A DNA stretch of 64,000 nucleotides from Verrucomicrobiota bacterium (GTDB taxonomy: Bacteria > Verrucomicrobiota > Verrucomicrobiia > Limisphaerales > AAA164-E04): the NCBI GenBank assembly GCA_047947115.1, contig CP170459.1, positions 768,001-832,000 on the forward strand. Reading direction: 5' to 3'. The notes beneath the pieces were generated by a model. The model was not told where the DNA came from, did no database searches, and saw nothing but the letters and a program-made list of their open reading frames with translations. Within the stretch, counting starts at the first letter, position 1, and the number at the start of each line of letters is the position of its first letter. Positions 60,965-64,000 of the stretch are shown in pieces. A program made the translations under genes and the position numbers.

Positions 60965-61930
60965 ATGAATAGTTTTTTGAACAAGAAATGGATATTTCCC
61001 ATATGGGCGTGTTTGACAATCTTGACGCTGAGCGGAACGCTCTCGGCCGGGTCACTTTCGCTCCTCGAAACCAAAGAGACCATCGAAATCAGGGATGCAG
61101 ACCAGACGATGCTGGTTTATCACAAGGCAGCTGTTCCTCAACCGGAGGGAAAGGACCCAGTTTACGCTCGCAGCGGATTTATCCATCCACTCAAATCTCC
61201 TTCGGGCGGTGTGGTGACCAGCATCCATGCCGATGATCATGTCCATCACGTCGGTCTCTGGCATGCCTGGGTAAAGACGGAACACAAAGACCGTCACTTC
61301 GATTTTTGGAATCTCGGAGACAAGACCGGCAAAGTGCGATTCGTCAAAACTCTTTCATCATTCAGTCAAGGAGAATCCGTTGGATTCTCGGTTCAACAGG
61401 AACAAGTCGGCATGACCAGCGAAGGCACAAAGGAAGAAGTCGTTCTAAACGAGATTTTAACCGTTCAAGTTCAGAAAAGAGACGGCAGTTACCTTGTCGA
61501 CTACGACACGGAACAGACCAATGTGACCGATGCGCCACTGAATCTCCCCGCGTATCGCTATGGCGGCTGCATCGCCTATCGCGCCCCCTATCATTGGAAC
61601 AAGGAGAACAGCAACTACCTCACCTCTGAAGGCAAAGACCGCAGCAATGGTCACACCACCCGCGGACGCTGGTGCGCGATGTTTGGCCCCACCGATCAGG
61701 GAGACGCCACGCTGGCCATTCTTTGTCACCCGGAAAACCGCGATGCCCCGCAGCGCATGCGTGTGTGGCCCGATGGAAAAGTGTTTTTCAACTACGTCCC
61801 CATTCAGGAAACCGGGTGGGCGCTCAAACCGAACGAACCCTCCACCATGCGTTATCGCGTGGTCATCTCCGACGGCAAGGCAAACGCCGATCGTTTGAAC
61901 GCATTTTGGAACCATTACTCCAAGGAATAA
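60965..61930 (+). CDS. Secreted protein of the Pfam 'PmoA'-named/DUF6807-type family (not methane monooxygenase)
   Basis: Signal peptide; RSGFIHPL.SPSG.VVT..DHVHHVGLWHAW, YRYGG, HPEN..P.RMRVW, MRYRVVISDG. Confidence 0.7.
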   Translation: MNSFLNKKWIFPIWACLTILTLSGTLSAGSLSLLETKETIEIRDADQTMLVYHKAAVPQPEGKDPVYARSGFIHPLKSPSGGVVTSIHADDHVHHVGLWHAWVKTEHKDRHFDFWNLGDKTGKVRFVKTLSSFSQGESVGFSVQQEQVGMTSEGTKEEVVLNEILTVQVQKRDGSYLVDYDTEQTNVTDAPLNLPAYRYGGCIAYRAPYHWNKENSNYLTSEGKDRSNGHTTRGRWCAMFGPTDQGDATLAILCHPENRDAPQRMRVWPDGKVFFNYVPIQETGWALKPNEPSTMRYRVVISDGKANADRLNAFWNHYSKE

Positions 61931-61959
61931 TCCAACAAGAACAACCATCCTCAAAAAAC

Positions 61960-63009
61960 ATGAAGATCAAAAACTCATTGTTGCATATTGCCCTGATCGC
62001 ACTCATCACCCCTTCAGTGACGAGTTCGGCGGAAACCGTCAAAGAAAGATTGGCGGCGACCCCATATCACCTGGTCTACGAAAAATACGCCGATAACAAC
62101 TGGGAATTATTTGTTTCCAAAGCCGATGGCACCGGCGAGCACAACCTGACCAACACCCCGGATCAACACGAACTATACCCCCAGGTATCACCTGACGGAA
62201 AACGACTATGCTTTGTCTCCGACAAGGGTTCCGGACGCAACACAGTGCGGAGCGTCTATGTGATGAACATCGATGGCTCAGACCGGAAGCTGGTAGCCCA
62301 TGAGGCGCGTCAGCCTTGTTGGACTAATACCAGCGACACCATCCTCTATTTACCACAGGAGTATTCCAAATGGAACGTGGTGGATTACTTCACAAAGGGA
62401 TTGGTTTATTACAACGTCGAAACGGGGGCAAAGCGCGAGCACCCCAACAGCGCCGCACTGCATCACCTTTACAACCCCAGCATGTCACCGGACGGCAAAT
62501 GGATTGTATCGACAGTACACGCTGGCATGGGATACAAGCACGCCATCCTGTTGATCGAAGCCGAAGGCACCGCCATTCACAGTCTGGAAATCCCCGGATG
62601 CCGCCCGACTTTCAGTCCCAATGGCAAATATGTTGCCTGGGGTCCCGGGGATCATGAAATTGCGGTCGGTGAAATCGATTGGGCAGCCAACCCGCCAAAA
62701 ATCAAAAAGAAATGGTTGTCCGTGAAAGACGAAGTCAACAAGGTGTACCATGTTGACTGGTCACCCAACAGCGCCTTCCTGAGCATCAGCCGGGGTGTCA
62801 AAAGCGACGGTGATTTGTCCAAACCGGGCACACACCAATCAGCCTGCGAAATCGTCGGAGTTTATGCCAAAGACTGGAACGTCATTGCAGTGCCTCTTGA
62901 TAAAGGACCAGAAATCGACCTGTCCAAAGCAACCGCAGATCAGTTCCTCCAAGTAACTCGGGACGGAAGCAGCAACAAGGAATCCGATTGGTTTACCCCT
63001 GCCAAATAA
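61960..63009 (+). CDS. Secreted TolB-like (PD40/WD40-like) beta-propeller protein
   Basis: Signal peptide; NWELFV..ADGTG..NLT, PQVSPDGK, PSMSPDGK, PTFSPNGK repeats. Confidence 0.82.
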   Translation: MKIKNSLLHIALIALITPSVTSSAETVKERLAATPYHLVYEKYADNNWELFVSKADGTGEHNLTNTPDQHELYPQVSPDGKRLCFVSDKGSGRNTVRSVYVMNIDGSDRKLVAHEARQPCWTNTSDTILYLPQEYSKWNVVDYFTKGLVYYNVETGAKREHPNSAALHHLYNPSMSPDGKWIVSTVHAGMGYKHAILLIEAEGTAIHSLEIPGCRPTFSPNGKYVAWGPGDHEIAVGEIDWAANPPKIKKKWLSVKDEVNKVYHVDWSPNSAFLSISRGVKSDGDLSKPGTHQSACEIVGVYAKDWNVIAVPLDKGPEIDLSKATADQFLQVTRDGSSNKESDWFTPAK

Positions 63010-63013
63010 TCAC

Positions 63014-63937
63014 ATGAATCATTGGCATAAAATCTGCGCCGGTCTGTGCGGTGCCATGGAATTGCTGACGCTCGTCGGATGTGGTCCTTCGCCTTCGAAT
63101 GAGCAAGCCTCTCCCGCTGCAAAATCCTCGTCCGGCATGATGTCGTTTCCGGTCAGGACGGCTTCCGGCATCGACATGATATTTCTGGAAGGCGGCGCTT
63201 TTACCATGGGCAGCGACAAGGAAAGTCCCGACGAAGGTCCGGCCCATGAAGTCACTTTGAGCCCGTTCCTGATCGATCAGTTTGAGGTCACGCATGCACA
63301 GTTTGAAAAAGTGCAAATGCCCAACCCGTCCCACTGGCAGGACGACCCCCAAAAGCCAGTGGAACAAGTGCGGTGGCGCGATGCCAAGCTCTACTGCAAT
63401 GAACGATCCTTGCTGGAAGGATTGACACCTTGCTACGACGAGACGAAAGAAGGCTGGCCCTGCAACTACGAGGCAAACGGATACCGTCTCCCCTCGGAAG
63501 CCGAATGGGAATTTGCGGCGCGTGCCGGATCAAAGGATCGTTATCCCTTTGGCGAACGTGCGCTCAATCAGTCGGCGTGGTTCGGTGACAATGCCGGCAA
63601 GCAAACCCACGTCGTCGGCACCCGACGTCCCAATGACTGGGGCATTCACGACATGTATGGGAATGTGTCCGAATGGTGCCAGGATGCCTACCAGGAAGAT
63701 TACTACGCACAGAGTCCCAAAGAGAATCCCAGAGGCCCTGCCGACACACTTGAAAACAACAAGCGCGTCATGCGTGGCGGATCATGGAAATCCACCGCGG
63801 AAATGTGCCGGGTAACCTTCCGTCAAGGCCAGCAAACAGGAGATTCGGACGCATGTTTCTTCACCGACTTCTGCGGTTTCCGCTGCGTGCGATCCATCAC
63901 CCAGGACGAAGCGGAAAAGTTAGTGGTCACCCCATGA
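63014..63937 (+). CDS. Formylglycine-generating enzyme (SUMF1/FGE-sulfatase) family lipoprotein
   Basis: Lipobox-like LVGC; FTMGS, PAHEVTL, PVEQVRW.DA, YRLPSEAEWEFAARAG, PNDWGIHDMYGNVSEWC, RGGSW, GFRCVR. Confidence 0.88.
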   Translation: MNHWHKICAGLCGAMELLTLVGCGPSPSNEQASPAAKSSSGMMSFPVRTASGIDMIFLEGGAFTMGSDKESPDEGPAHEVTLSPFLIDQFEVTHAQFEKVQMPNPSHWQDDPQKPVEQVRWRDAKLYCNERSLLEGLTPCYDETKEGWPCNYEANGYRLPSEAEWEFAARAGSKDRYPFGERALNQSAWFGDNAGKQTHVVGTRRPNDWGIHDMYGNVSEWCQDAYQEDYYAQSPKENPRGPADTLENNKRVMRGGSWKSTAEMCRVTFRQGQQTGDSDACFFTDFCGFRCVRSITQDEAEKLVVTP

Positions 63938-63953
63938 ACAACAAGATGAATTG

Positions 63954-64000
63954 GGTAGGGACCTGCTGCCGCAGGTCCGCGAGCGCGTTTGAAACATTCG
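63954..64000. repeat. Start of another copy of the 123-bp REP unit (cut by the window end)
   Basis: GGTAGGGACCTGCTGCCGCAGGTCCGCGAGCGCGTTTGAAACATTCG matches the array units. Confidence 0.9.

Noticed and set aside
60965..61930. Particulate methane monooxygenase subunit A
   Set aside because: This is a soluble secreted protein without the multi-TM PmoA topology, and pmoB/pmoC are absent; only the family name is similar.

Overview
A 64-kb bacterial chromosomal window of moderate GC. Gene content (DUF1549/DUF1553/DUF1501 proteins, a Pedosphaera-type C-terminal domain, a GldAFG-like ABC transporter) suggests a Verrucomicrobiota/PVC organism; this is inference. The backbone is housekeeping: mpl, acnA, ribD, ogt, argH, rlmN, glgP, uvrA, split pntA plus pntB, tRNA-Arg(UCG), two ABC systems and a hybrid histidine kinase. 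Accessory material is dense. (1) A stand-alone ~1300-aa cytoplasmic Mo/W-bisPGD oxidoreductase has non-canonical active-site motifs, an unrecognised ~380-aa domain and a C-terminal NifU/NfuA CxxC domain. (2) A Y1/RAYT HUH transposase is bounded by 31-bp inverted repeats (TTTGGGGTCACGTCTCGACATTC...); copies of this end motif sit next to tandem duplications of 12, 24 and 495 bp, and one truncates an RHS toxin remnant. (3) A secreted ~1500-aa protein carries six ~178-aa repeats arranged (ABC)x2. (4) There are five type II toxin-antitoxin cassettes, one with a nonsense-mutated antitoxin. (5) There are several REP families, including a 7 x 123-bp BIME-like array. (6) A doubly deleted cytochrome c/DUF1549/DUF1553-DUF1501 chimaera, a Tm-1-like/PEP-hydrolase/ThuA operon and an AT-rich relic upstream of the tRNA complete the picture. 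All calls come from motif recognition by eye; no database searches were run.
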